Position numbers and translations under genes: made by a program. Below the pieces are notes generated by a model. That model made no database searches. It saw only the letters and a program-made list of their open reading frames with translations, and was not told the DNA's origin. 64,000 bases of DNA from Squalus acanthias (lineage: Eukaryota): assembly GCA_030390025.1 (NCBI GenBank), contig JASTWF010000123.1:558001-622000 (forward strand). The letters run 5' to 3'. Below are positions 24,040 through 37,030 of the stretch, piece by piece. Numbering within the stretch: position 1 is the first letter of the stretch; every line of letters starts with the position of its first letter.

Positions 24040-24740
24040 CTAGTGTCCCAGTGCATGACCTGCTCCCTTTCTTTTCGTGGTATATATCAATGATTTGGAT
24101 TTAAATGTAGGGGGCATGATTAAGAAGTTTGCAGATGATAAAAAAAATTGGCTGTGTGTTTGATTGTGAGGAAGAAAGCTGTAGACTGCAGGAAGATATC
24201 AATGAACTGGTCAGGTGGGCAGAAAAATGGCAAATGGAATTCAATCCGCAGAAGTGTGAGGTAATGCATCTGGGGAGGGCAAACAAGACAAGGGAATACA
24301 CAATAAATGATAGGATACTGAGAAGTATAGAAGGACTGAGGGACCTTGGAGTGCATGTCCACAGATCCCTGAAGGGAGCAGGACAGGTAGATAAGGTGGT
24401 TAAGAAGACATACTTTCCTTTATTCGCTGAGGCATAGAATATAAGAGCAGGGAAGTTATGCTTGATAAAACACTAGTTAGGCCACAGCTAGAGTACTGCG
24501 TACAGTTCTGGTCACATTACAGGAAGGATGTGATCGCACTAGAGAGGATACAGAGGTGATTTACGAGGATACTGCCAGGACTGGAAAATTTTAGCTTTGA
24601 GGAAAGATTGGATAGGCTGGGGTTGTTTTCTTTGGAAGAGGAGGCTGAGGGGAGATTTAATTGAGGTGTATAAAATTATGAGGGGCCTAGATAGAGTGGA
24701 TTGGCTGGCACAGACATGATGGCCTCCTTCTGTGCCATAA
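24040..24740 (+). mobile_element. CR1 LINE 3' fragment, degenerate
   Basis: KFADD...KWQMEFNPQKCEVMHLG. Confidence 0.85.
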
Positions 24741-24774
24741 ATTTCTATGATTCAATGATCATCAGCTGTCTGAA

Positions 24775-27700
24775 CAACACACCCGCACTAGTAACACCAT
24801 CTAAAGTATTAGTACTGTACCTGCAGCAGTAACAGCACCGGGTGTCCGTGTATCACACCCGCACGAGTAACACAGCCTAAAGTATTAGTACTGTACCTGC
24901 AGCAGTAACAACACTGGGTGTACGTGTATCACACCCGCACTAGTAACACCATCTAAAGTATTAGTACTGTACCTGCAGCAGTAACAGCACCGGGTGTACG
25001 TGTATCACACCCGCACTAGTAACACCATTTAAAGTATTAGTACTGTACCTGCAGCAGTAACAGCACCGGGTGTCCGTGTATCACACCCGCACTAGTAACA
25101 CCATCTAAAGTATTAGTACTGTACCTGCAGCAGTAACAGCATCGGGTGTCCGTGTATCATACCCACACTAGTAACACCATCTAAAGTATTAGTACTGTAC
25201 CTGCAGCAGTAACAGCACTGGGTGTACGTGTATCACACCCGCACTAGTAACACGGCCTAAAGTATTAGTACTGTACCGTGCAGCAAAGTATTAGTACTGT
25301 ACCTGCAGCAGTAACAGCACCGGGTGTAGGTGGAACACACCCGCACTAGTAACACCATTTAAAGTATTAGTACTGTACCTGCAGCAGTAACAGCACCGGG
25401 TGTCCGTGTATCACACCCGCACTAGTAACACCATCTAAAGTATTAGTACTGTACCTGCAGCAGTAACAGCACCGGGTGTCCGTGTATCACACCCGCACTA
25501 GTAACACCATCTAAAGTATTAGTACTGTACCTGCAGCAGTAACAGCACCGGGTGTACGTGTATCACACCCGCACTAGTAACACCATCTAAAGTATTAGTA
25601 CTGTACCTGCAGCAGTAACAGCACCGGGTGTACGTGTATCACAACCGCACTAGTAACACCATCTAAAGTATTAGTACTGTACCTGCAGCAGTAACAGCAC
25701 CGGGTGTAGGTGGAACACACCCGCACTAGTAACACCATCTAAAGTATTAGTACTGTACCTGCAGCAGTAACAGCACCGGGTGTCCGTGTATCACACCCGC
25801 ACTAGTAACACCATCTAAAGTATTAGTACTGTACCTGCAGCAGTAACAGCACTGGGTGTACGTGTATCACACCCGCACTAGTAACACCATCTAAAGTATT
25901 AGTACTGTACCTGCAGCAGTAACAGCACCGGGTGTACGTGTATCACACCCGCACTAGTAACACCATCTAAAGTATTAGTACTGTACCTGCAGCAGTAACA
26001 GCACCGGGTGTCCGTGTATCACACCCGCACTAGTAACACCATCTAAAGTATTAGTACTGTACCTGCAGCAGTAACAGCACTGGGTGTACGTGTATCACAC
26101 CCGCACTAGTAACACCATCTAAAGTATTAGTACTGTACCTGCAGCAGTAACAGCACCGGGTGTCCGTGTATCACACCCGCACTAGTAACACCATCTAAAG
26201 TATTAGTACTGTACCTGCAGCAGTAACAGCACTGGGTGTACGTGTATCACACCCGCACTAGTAACACCATCTAAAGTATTAGTACTGTACCTGCAGCAGT
26301 AACAGCACCGGGTGTACGTGTATCACAACCGCACTAGTAACACCATCTAAAGTATTAGTACTGTACCTGCAGCAGTAACAGCACCGGGTGTCTGTGTATC
26401 ACACCCGCACTAGTAACACCATCTAAAGTATTAGTAGTGTACCTGCAGCAGTAACAGCACTGGGTGTACGTGTATCACACCCGCACTAGTAACACCATCT
26501 AAAGTATTAGTACTGTACCTGCAGCAGTAACAGCACCAGGTGTACCTGTATCACACCCGCACTAGTAACACCATCTAAAGTATTAGTACTGTACCTGCAG
26601 CAGTAACAGCACTGGGTGTCCGTGTATCACACCCGCCATAGTAACACCATCTAAAGTATTAGTACTGTACCTGCAGCAGTAACAGCACCAGGGTGTCCGT
26701 GTATCACACCCGCACTAGTAACACCATCTAAAGTATTAGTACTGTACCTGCAGCAGTAACAGCACCGGGTGTCCGTGTATCACACCCGCACTAGTAACAC
26801 CATCTAAAGTATTAGTACTGTACCTGCAGCAGTAACAGCACCGGGTGTCCGTGTATCACACCCGCACTAGTAACACCATCTAAAGTATTAGTACTGTACC
26901 TGCAGCAGTAACAGCACCGGGTGTCCGTGTATCACACCCGCACTAGTAACACCATCTAAAGTATTAGTACTGTACCTGCAGCAGTAACAGCACCGGGTGT
27001 CCGTGTATCACACCCGCACTAGTAACACCATCTAAAGTATTAGTACTGTACCTGCAGCAGTAACAGCACCGGGTGTACGTGTATCACACCCGCACTAGTA
27101 ACACCATCTAAAGTATTAGTACTGTACCTGCAGCAGTAACAGCACCGGGTGTACGTGTATCACACCCGCACTAGTAACACCATCTAAAGTATTAGTACTG
27201 TACCTGCAGCAGTAACAGCACCGGGTGTCCGTGTATCACACCCGCACTAGTAACACCATCTAAAGTATTAGTACTGTACCTGCAGCAGTAACAGCACTGG
27301 GTGTCGGTGTCTGACACCCGCACTAGTAACACCATCTAAAGTATTAGTACTGTACCTGCAGCAGTAACAGCACCGGGTGTCCGTGTATCACACCTGCACT
27401 AGTAACACCATCTAAAGTATTAGTACTGTACCTGCAGCAGTAACAGCACCGGGTGTCCGTGTATCACACCCGCACTAGTAACACCATCTAAAGTATTAGT
27501 ACTGTACCTGCAGCAGTAACAGCACCGGGTGTCCGTGTATCACACCCGCACTAGTAACAGCATCTAAAGTATTAGTACTGTACCTGCAGCAGTAACAGCA
27601 CTGGGTGTCGGTGTCTGACACCCGCACTAGTAACACCATCTAAAGTATTAGTACTGTACCTGCAGCAGTAACAGCACCGGGTGTCCGTGTAACACACCTG

Positions 27701-27988
27701 CAGTCGTAACACCATCTAAAGTATTAGTACTGTACCTGCAGCAGTAACAGCACCGGGTGTCCGTGTATCACACCCGCACTAGTAACACCATCTAAAGTAT
27801 TAGTACTGTACCTGCAGCAGTAACAGCACCGGGTGTCCGTGTATCACACCCACACTAGTAACACCATCTAAAGTATTAGTACTGTACCTGCAGCAGTAAC
27901 AGCACTGGGTGTCGTGTATCACACCCGCACTAGTAACACCATCTAAAGTATTAGTACTGTACCTGCAGCAGTAACAGCACTGGGTGCG
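24775..27988. repeat. 76-bp minisatellite, ~42 copies
   Basis: Unit acacccgcactagtaacaccatctaaagtattagtactgtacctgcagcagtaacagcaccgggtgtccgtgtatc at 24931, 25007, ... Confidence 0.98.
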
Positions 27989-28609
27989 TGTGTCTATTTA
28001 CTTTAATCATTATGTGGAACCTTCCCCATTACAGTCTCACAGTTGAACTTCCAGTAGCTGTTTCTGATTTGCAGAGTTGTGCAAGGGGCTCAGAACCAGG
28101 AGGGCTCGGTTCCTTTTTACTGATCGCCCCCCGAACACAGGTCAGTGGTTCGCTCACAGAACCGGTCCGCTGCTGCACTCAAGAGAAACGGCGGAAGTGC
28201 CTGTTTAGACCGAGTCCTTATCAGCAACAAGCAGCGACACACACCCAGAACTAAACTCGCCCCGTCAGCAATGATTGATGGAAACCGCACTCAGAATGTT
28301 TACTGACTGGGTCAGGTCCACATCCAGCAAATTGTTTCTAAGCTGAGAGTGTTGCCCAGCCTTGAATGTGCCCCCTCCTGTGTTTTCCATCCTGTTGCCT
28401 TCTTCGCTGTTTACCCCAAACCTCACTCAGCGAGGCCATGTTGTGAAGTCTGGCCCAGGACAGACCAAGGCTCTCCGAGCTCGACTAACCCGTGAGTGAC
28501 GTGTTTTAATGAGTGCAGGTGCAACGGCTCAATAACAGTCCTTTCCCAAGCACATTTCACAAGGGTTGATATATTGGACAGTCTCCCTGACAGTGGGGCA
28601 CAGTGGTGT

Positions 28610-29295
28610 TTTTTTTAATTCATTCATGGGATGTGGGCGTCGCTGGCAAGGCCAGCATTTATTGCCCATCACTAATTGCCCTCCAGAAGGTGGTGGTGAG
28701 CTGCCTTCTTGAACTGCTGCAGTCCATGAGGTGAAGCTACTCCCACAGTGGTGTTAGGGAGGCAGCACCAGGATTTTGGCCCAGCGACGGTGAAGGAACG
28801 GCGATATATTTGCAAGTCAGGATGGTATGTGACTTACAACAACAACAACTTGTATTTATATAGCACCTTTAACGTAGTAAAACGTCCCAAGGCGCTTTAA
28901 AGGAGTAGTATAGGACAAAAACTTAGAGGGGAACTTGGAGGTGATGGTGTTCCCATGCGCCTGCTGCCCTTGTCCTTCCAGGTGGAAGAGGTCGCAGGTT
29001 TGGGAGGTGCTGCCGAAGAAGCCTTGGTGAGTTGCTGCAGTGCATCTTGTAGATGGTACACACTGCAGCCACGGTGCGCCGGTGGTGGAGGGAGTGAATG
29101 TTTAAGGTGGTGGATGGGGTGCCGATCCAGCAGATTGCTTTGCCCTGGATGGTGTCGAGCTTCTTGAGTGTTGTTGCAGCTGCACTCATCCAGGCAAGTG
29201 GAGAGTATTCCATCACACTCCTGACTTGTAGATGGTGACCCCCTGGATGTTGATGGTGGGGGATTCGGTGATGGTAATGCTGTTGAATGTCAACG
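28610..29295 (-). mobile_element. LINE 3' fragment (second CR1-group lineage)
   Basis: MEYSPLAWMSA...LHHRRTVAAVCTIYKMHC, the same family as 41172-41895. Confidence 0.75.
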
Positions 29296-29444
29296 GACTA
29301 ATCCATTGAGTTCATAAATCGCACCAGTTTGAGAATTTAAATTCAGTTTAAAAATCTGGACATTTAAAAACAAAAACCTGGCATCAGTAAAAGTCACGAA
29401 TGTTCTTTAGGGAAGGAAACCTGCTGTCCTTACCCGGCCTGGCC

Positions 29445-30935
29445 TTAATGAAGTCCATGAAGACTACATCAACTGCACTACCCTCATCCACACACCAAGT
29501 CACCCCCTCGAAAAATTCAATCAAATTGGTCAGACATGATCTCCCCCTGACAAAGCCATGCTGACTATCCCTGATTAATCCCTGCCTCTCCAAGTGGAGA
29601 CTAATTCTGTCCCTCAGAATTTTTTCCAATAATTTCCCTGCCACTGATGTTAGGCTCACTGGCCTGTAATTCCCTGGTTTATCCCTTCTTGAACAATGGT
29701 ACCACGTTAGCTGTCCTCCAGTCCTCTGGCACCTCCCCTGTGGCCAGAGAGGATCTCAAAATTTGTGTCAGAGCCCCTGCAATCTCCTCCCTTGCCTCAC
29801 ACAGCAGCCTGGGCTACATCTCGTCTGGGCCTGGGGATTTATCCACTTTTAAGCCCGCTAAAACCGCTAGTACCTCCTCCCTCTCAATACTAATTTGTTC
29901 AAGTATATCACAATCCCCCTGCCTGATTTCTATGCCTACATCGTCCTCTCCATAGTGAACACAGATGCAAAATATTCATTTAAAACCTCACCCACATCTT
30001 CCGGCTCTACACACAGATTGCCACTTTGGTCCCTAATGGGCCCTACTCTTTCCCTGGTTATCCTCTTGCCCTTAATATACTTATAAAACACCTTGGGATT
30101 TTCCTTTATTTTGCCCGCCAGTGTTTTTTGATGCCCCCTCTTCGCTCTCCTAATTTCTTTTTTAAGTACCCCCCTGCACTTTCTATACTCCGCTAGGGCT
30201 TCCACTGTTTTTAGTCCTTTGTATCTGCCAAAAGCCTCCTTTTTTTCCGAATCCATTCTTGTATATCCCTTGACATCCAGGGTTCCCTGGGCTTGTTGGT
30301 CCCACCCTTGACCTTTACGGGAACATGTTGGCGTTGTACTCTCTCTATTTCCTTTCTGAAAGACTCCCACTGCTCTGATGTGGATTTTCCTCCAAGTAGC
30401 TGATCCCAGTCCATTTTGGCCAGATCCTGCCTTATCATATTAAAATCGGCCTTCCCCCAATTTAGAACCTTTATTTCCGGTCCATCTTTGTCCTTTTCCA
30501 TGACTACCTTAAATCTCACTGAATTATGGTCACTGTCACCAAAATGCTCTCCTACTGACACTTCTACCACTTGCCCAGCTACATTCCCGAGAATTAGGTC
30601 CAGTACCGCCCCCTCTCTTGTAGGACTTTCTACATGCTGGCTCAAAAAGCTCTCCTGGATGCACTTTAAGATTTCCGCACCCTCTAAGCCTTTCACACTC
30701 TGACTATCCCAGTTAATATTGGGGAAGTTGAAATCCCCTATTATTATTACCCTATTATTTCTACACTTCTCTGAGATTTGCCTACATATCTGTTCCTCTA
30801 TCTGCCCCTGACTGTTTGGGGACCTATAGTACACTCCCAGCAAAGTGCTTGCCCTCTTTTTGTTTTTAAGTTCTACCCATATGGCCTCATTAGAGGAACC
30901 TGCTAAGATATCATCCCTCCTTACAGCAGTAATTG
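29445..30935 (-). mobile_element. CR1 LINE fragment (endonuclease to RT start)
   Basis: GVYYRSPN, GDFNFPNINW and SDHN motifs; frameshifted. Confidence 0.9.
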
Positions 30936-31444
30936 ACAGGTTGTTTGACTAGAATGTGAGCACAGAACTAAAGGAAGGAGCTGGGTGAATATCATTGTTC
31001 CAGTAGTCAGGGGGTAGGTTCTGACAGAGATAATCCAAACTGCAAGGGACAGAATGGTTCCGGTCAGATGGATGGAACCAGACACGTTTCTTGAGGGAGA
31101 TGCGAGTATTGATGAATATTCAGGAGATTTCTTCAATTGCATTTGGTGACCAGAGAGGTTCTACAGAGATTTTCCTCAGGATATTAAATGGGAGGGTAGA
31201 GACCACGAAGGGGAGAGTATACAGAGTATGTAGAAGGAGATTACATGGATGGATCGAGGCAGTGATAGGGGAAAATATGCATAGTATGAGTCAGGAGATT
31301 TCACAGATAGATAGAGTCCATATAAGGGGAGCGTATACATAGTATGTGGAAGGAGATTAAATGGGTGGATAGAGTCAACAATAGGGTAAAATATGCATAG
31401 TAGGGGTCAGCAGATTACCTAGATAGAGTCCATGTAAGGAGAGC

Positions 31445-32437
31445 GTGTACATCGTATGTGGAAGGAGATTAAATAGGTGGGTAATCCCAGGACAGTGTAG
31501 ATTGTACACGGGCTGTGGAAGGAGATTAAATGGGTGGGTAATCCCAGGACAGTGTAGATTGTACACGGGCTGTGGAAGGAGATTAAATGGGTGGGTAATC
31601 CCAGGACAGTGTAGATTGTACAAGGGCTGTGGAAGGAGATTAAATGGGTGGGTAATCCCAGGACAGTGTAGATTGTACACGGGCTGTGGAAGGAGATTAA
31701 ATGGGTGGGTAATCCCAGGACAGTGTAGATTGTATATGGGCTGTGGAAGGAGATTAAATGGGTGGGTAATCCCAGGGCAGTGTAGATTGTACACAGGCTG
31801 TGGAAGGAGATTAAATGGGTGGGTAATCCCAGGACAGTGTAGATTGTACACGGGCTGTGGAAGGAGATTAAATGGGTGGGTAATCCCAGGACAGTGTAGA
31901 CTGTACACCGTCTGTGGAAGGAGATTGAATGGGTGGGTAATCCCAGGACAGTGTAGATTGTACACGGGCTGTGGAAGGAGATTAAATGGGTGGGTAATCC
32001 CAGGACAGTGTAGAGTGTACACGGGCTGTGGAAGGAGATTAAATGGGTGGGTAGTGCCCAGGACAGTGTAGATTGTACACGGGCTGTGGAAGGAGATTAA
32101 ATGGGTGGGTAATCCCAGGACAGTGTAGATTGTGCACGGGCTGTGGAAGAGATTAAATGGGTGGGTAATCCCAGGACAGTGTAGATTGTACACGGGCTGT
32201 GGAAGGAGATTAAATGAGTGGGTAATCCCAGGACAGTGTAGATTGTACACGGGCTGTGGAAGGAGATTAAATGAGTGGGTAATCCCAGGACAGTGCAGAT
32301 TGTACACGGGCTGTGGAAGGAGATTAAATGGGTGGGTAATCCCAGGACAGTGTAGATTGTACACGGGCTGTGGAAGGAGATTAAATGGGTGGGTAGTGCC
32401 CAGGACAGTGTCGATTGTACACGGGCTGTGGAAGGAG
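31445..32437. repeat. 57-bp minisatellite, ~17 copies
   Basis: Unit gtaatcccaggacagtgtagattgtacacgggctgtggaaggagattaaatgggtgg at 31481, 31538, ... Confidence 0.97.
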
Positions 32438-33022
32438 CCAGCTTCAAGGGTTGATTGGCGTTTATGGTTCAATGTTACTCGGTCACAGGGTGAATTCCTG
32501 AGTTGTTGACCAATTAATCAGCACCTTCAATCCGAGGCAAACTTTGTTTTTTCACGAACTAACCCAATGTCTTGGTTAAAAGGCTTGGCCGAGTTCGTGA
32601 AGTTTTCAGGTGAAGAATCTCTACTTTAGAGACAGTTTTGTGCTGTTACTGTCCGAGGGACAGATTGTTCTCCACGGAGATTGGGTTTTTACCCTCTTTT
32701 GCCTTCAAACTTTCGGTCCTGTTGGTCTGGCCTCTTTTCGGTAAATATAAGAACTGTTTATTGGTGTCGGTCACTAAATCAGAACCGTATTTCCATATCT
32801 AAAGCAACGTGCTTATTCTTTTTAGTAACACGGTTCCCTCTGGGAGTTCCCCTGTTCAGTTTAAGCGGTGCTGCTAACTCCTACAGGAAGTGTAAGGAGA
32901 AGGAAATAGACCTGAGGTTGTTGCCAAGTTTCGCACATCTGTCAACTAAGAATGGAAATATCAAACGTGTTTCTGGTAAACCAACGGCTGCACATTGAGT
33001 GATTGTGTTCAAATTTGTCCTG

Positions 33023-33584
33023 TATATAGGAACCTAGGAACAGGAGGAGGCCATTCAGCCCCTCGAGCCTGTTCCTCCATTCAATTAGATCATGGCTGAT
33101 CTGTATCTTAACTCCATTTACCCGCCTTGGTTCCATTTCCTTTAATACCCTTAACCTAACAAAATTCTATCAATCTCAGTGTTAACATTTTCAACTGACC
33201 CCGAGCCTCAACAGCTTTTTGGGGGAGAGAGTTCCAGATTTCCACGACCCTTTGTGTGAAGAAGTGCTTCCTGACATCACCCCTGAACGGCCGAGCTCTA
33301 ATTTTAAGGTTATGTCCTCTTGTTCTGGATTCCCCCACCAGAGGAAATAGTTTCTCTCTATCTACCCTATTATATCCTTTCATCATCTTAAACAGCGCAA
33401 TTAGATCACCCTTTAAACCTTCTATAATCGAGGAAATACAAGTCTAGTTTATGGAACCTGTCCTCATAATTTAACCCTTTTAGCCCCTGTATCACTCTGG
33501 TGAATCTGCGTTGCACCATCTCCAAGGCCAATATATCCTTCCTGAGGTGTGGTGCCCAGAACTGAACGTGGTGCTCCAGATGTG
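33023..33584 (-). mobile_element. CR1 LINE 3' fragment
   Basis: LFPLVGESRTRGH...FFTQRVV. Confidence 0.85.
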
Positions 33585-34052
33585 GTCAGCTGTGGCTCAG
33601 TGGGTAGCACTCTCACCTCTGAGTCAGAAGGTTGTGGGTTCAAGTCCCACTCCAGAGGCTTGAGCACAAAAATCTAGGCTGACACTCCAGTGCAGTGCTG
33701 AGGGAGTGCTGCACTGTCGGAGCTGCTGTATTTCGGATGAGACGTTAAACCGAGGCCCCGTCTGCTCTCTCAGGTGGACGTAAAAGATCCTATGGCACTA
33801 TTTCGAAGAAAAGCAGGGGAGTTCTCCCCGGTGTCCTGGCCAATATTTATCCCTCAATCAACATCGCTAAAACAGATTATCTGGTCATTAACACATTGCT
33901 GTTTGTGGGAGCTTGCTGTGCACAAATTGGCTGCTGTGTTTCCTACATTACAACAGTGACTATACTTAAAAAAAGTACTTCATTGGCTGTACAGTGTTTT
34001 GGGACGTCCAGTGGTCGTGAAAGGCGCTATATAAATGCAAGTCTTTCTTTCT
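33585..34052 (+). mobile_element. Full-length DeuSINE-like SINE
   Basis: A box tggctcagtggg, B box ggttcaagtcc, core domain and gtgaaaggcgctatataaatgcaagtc(ttt) tail. Confidence 0.8.
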
Positions 34053-34229
34053 ATCTATGTTCCTAACCAACTGCTGCATATTGAGAGATTCTGTTTAAAT
34101 TTGTCCTGAAGGTTAATTAAAACCCTAAACCTGCCAGTTGTCTGTCACACATGAAACAAACATTCCCCCTTTCCTCTCGTGTCCTACGGGATTGGTCATT
34201 CCCCTTGTGGAATATTTACTTCAACCAGC

Positions 34230-34690
34230 TTTGTGATTGACATAAATGCCATCAGCTGTGACTGTGACCGTGGTGCACTGTCCCTCCTCGTCCTTCTCGA
34301 CATGTCTGCAGCCTTTGACACGGTTGGCCAAACCATCCTCCTCCAATGCCTCTCCTCTATTGTCCAGCAGAGTGGGACTGCCCTCGCCTGCTTCCACTCT
34401 TACTTATCCAGTCATAGCCAGAGAAACACCTGCAATGGCTTCTTTTCCTGCCTCTGCACGGTTACCTTTGGAGTCCTCCAAGGCTCTATCCTTGGGCCCC
34501 TCCTGTTTCTCATCTACAAGCTGCTCCTTGGCGACATCATGTGAAGAAATGACGCCGGGTTCCATATGTACGTTGCCGACACCCAGCTCTACCTCACCAC
34601 CACCTCTCTCAACCCCTCCACTGCCTCTGTTTCACCAGAGTTCATGTCTGATATTCAATCCTCGAGGAACCACAATTTCCTCCAATTAAA
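34230..34690 (+). mobile_element. L2-clade LINE RT fragment
   Basis: LLVLLDMSAAFDTV...QGSILGPLLF...YVADTQLY. Confidence 0.8.
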
Positions 34691-35331
34691 CATAGAATCA
34701 TACAGCACAGAAGCAGGCCATTTGGCCCATCGTGTCTGTTCCGGCTCTTTGAAAGAGCGACCCAATTAGTCCCACACCTCCTGCTCTTCCTCCATAGCCC
34801 TACAACTTGTTCCCCTTCAAGTATTTATCCAATAAATACCCTTTTGAAAGTTACTATTGAATCTGCTTCCACCACCCTTTCTGCCAGTGCATTCCACATC
34901 AGAACAACTTGCTGCGTAAAAAATGTCTCCTCCTCTCCCCTCTGGTTCTATTGACAATTACCTTAAATCTGTGTCCTCTGGTTACCGACCCTCCTGCCAG
35001 TGGAAACAGTTTCTCCCTATTTACTCTATCGAAACCCTTCATAATATTGAACACCTCTAATAAATCTCACCTTAAACTCCTCTGCACTGAGGAGAACAAC
35101 CCCAGCTTCTCTAAGTCTCTCCACATAACTGAAGTCCCTTATCCCTGTTACCATTCTAGTTGGGAAGACCAAAGCCATTGTCCTCAGCCCCTGCCACAAA
35201 CCCTGTTCTCCAGCCACTTATTCCATCTCTGTCCCTGGCCAGTGTCTCTGGCTGAACCAGACTGTTCGCAATCGGCCTCCTATTTGACCCTGAGCTGAGC
35301 TTCCGACTCCATATCCTCTCCATCACAAACA

Positions 35332-37030
35332 GAACATAAGACGTAGGAGCAGGAGTAGGTCATTTGGCCCCTCGAGCCTGCTCCGCCATTCAATAAGATC
35401 ATGGCTGATCTGATCTTGGCCTCAACTCCACTTCCCTGCCCACTCCCCATAACCCTTGACTCCCTTACCATTCAAAAATCTGTCTATCTCCACCTTAAAT
35501 ATATTCAATGACCCAGCCTCCACAGCTCTCTGGGGAAGAGAATTCCAAAGATTCACGACCCTCTGAGAGAAGAAATTCCTCCTCATTTCCGTTTTAAATG
35601 GGTGCCCCCTTATTCTGAAACTATGCCCCCTAGTTCTAGATTCCCCCACGAGGGGAAACATCCTCTCTGCATCTACCCTGTCAAGCCCCTTCAGAATCTT
35701 ATATGTTTCAATAAGATCACCTCTCATTCTTCTAAACTCCAATGAGTATAGGCCCAACCTGCTCAACCTTTCTTCATAAGACAACCCCTTCATCTCTGGA
35801 ATCAACCTCTTGAACCTTCTCTGAACTGCCTCCAATGCAAGTATATCCTTCCTTAAATAAGGAGACCAAAACTGTACGCAGTACTCCAGGTGTGGTCTCA
35901 CCAACGCCCTGTACAGTTGTAACAGGACTTCCCTACTTTTATACTCCATTTCCTTTGCAATAAAGGCCAACACTCCATTTGCCTTCCTAATTACTTGCTG
36001 TACCTGCATGCTAACTTTTTCTGATTCATGTACAAGGACCCCCAGATCCCTCTGTACCTCAGCATTTTGTAATCTCACCCCATTTAAATAATAATTTGCT
36101 TTTTTATTTTTCCTACCAAAGTGAATAACCTCGCATTTTCCCACATTATACTCCATCTGCCAGATTTTTGCCTATTCACTTTGGAGATTCTTTGCATCCT
36201 CCACATAATTTGCTTTCCCATCTATCTTTGTATCATCAGCAAATCTGGCTACATTACACTCAGTCCCTTCATCCAAGTCATTAATAATATAGATTGTAAC
36301 TAGTTGAGGCCCCAGCACTGATCCCTGCGGCACCCCACTAGTTACAGTTTGCCAACCTGAAAATTACTCATTTATCCCAACTCTCTGTTTTCTGTTAGTT
36401 AGCCAATCCTCTATCAATGCTAATATATTACCCCCAACCCCGTGAGCTCTTATCTTGTGCAGTAACCTTTTATGTGACACCTTATCAAATGCCTTCTGGA
36501 AATCCAAATACACGACATCTACTGGTTCCCCTTTATCCACCCTGCTCGTTACATCCTCAAAGAACTCCAGCAAATTTGTCAAACATGATTTCCCTTTCAT
36601 AAAACCATGCTGACTCTGCTTGACTATATTATGATTTTCTAAATGTCCTGCTACCACTTCCTTAATGATGGACTCCAGCATTTTCCCAATGACAGCTGTT
36701 AGGCTAACTGGTCTATAGCTGCCTGATTTCTGTCTCCCTACTTTCTTAAATAGGGGCATTACATTTGCGGTTTTCCAGTCCTCTGGGACCTCTCCTGAAT
36801 CCAGGGAATTTTGGTAGATTACAACCAATGCATCCACTATCTCTGCAGCCACCTCTTTTAAGACCCTAGGATGCCGGCCATCGGGTCATGGGGACTTGTC
36901 CACCTTTAGCCCCATTAGTTTGCCAGGTACTTTTTCTCTAGTGATAGAGATTGTTTTAAGTTCCTCCCCCCCACCCCAATAGCCCCTTGATTATCCATTA
37001 TTGGGATGCTTTTAGTGTCTTCTACCGTGA
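35332..37030 (-). mobile_element. CR1 LINE fragment, near-identical subfamily to 20680-23070
   Basis: ORFs 36364-36852 and 35422-36156; shared diagnostic 3' end and ccccccaccccaatagcccc tract. Confidence 0.92.

Noticed and set aside
24775-27988. CRISPR-like array
   Set aside because: Head-to-tail near-identical units with no unique spacers, no cas genes, and a vertebrate context.
31375-32509. Long repetitive ORFs on both strands (19-aa repeats)
   Set aside because: A consequence of a 57-bp unit divisible by three; frames break at unit indels and there are no gene signals.
33585-33660. tRNA gene
   Set aside because: tRNA-derived SINE head continuing into a SINE body and tail.
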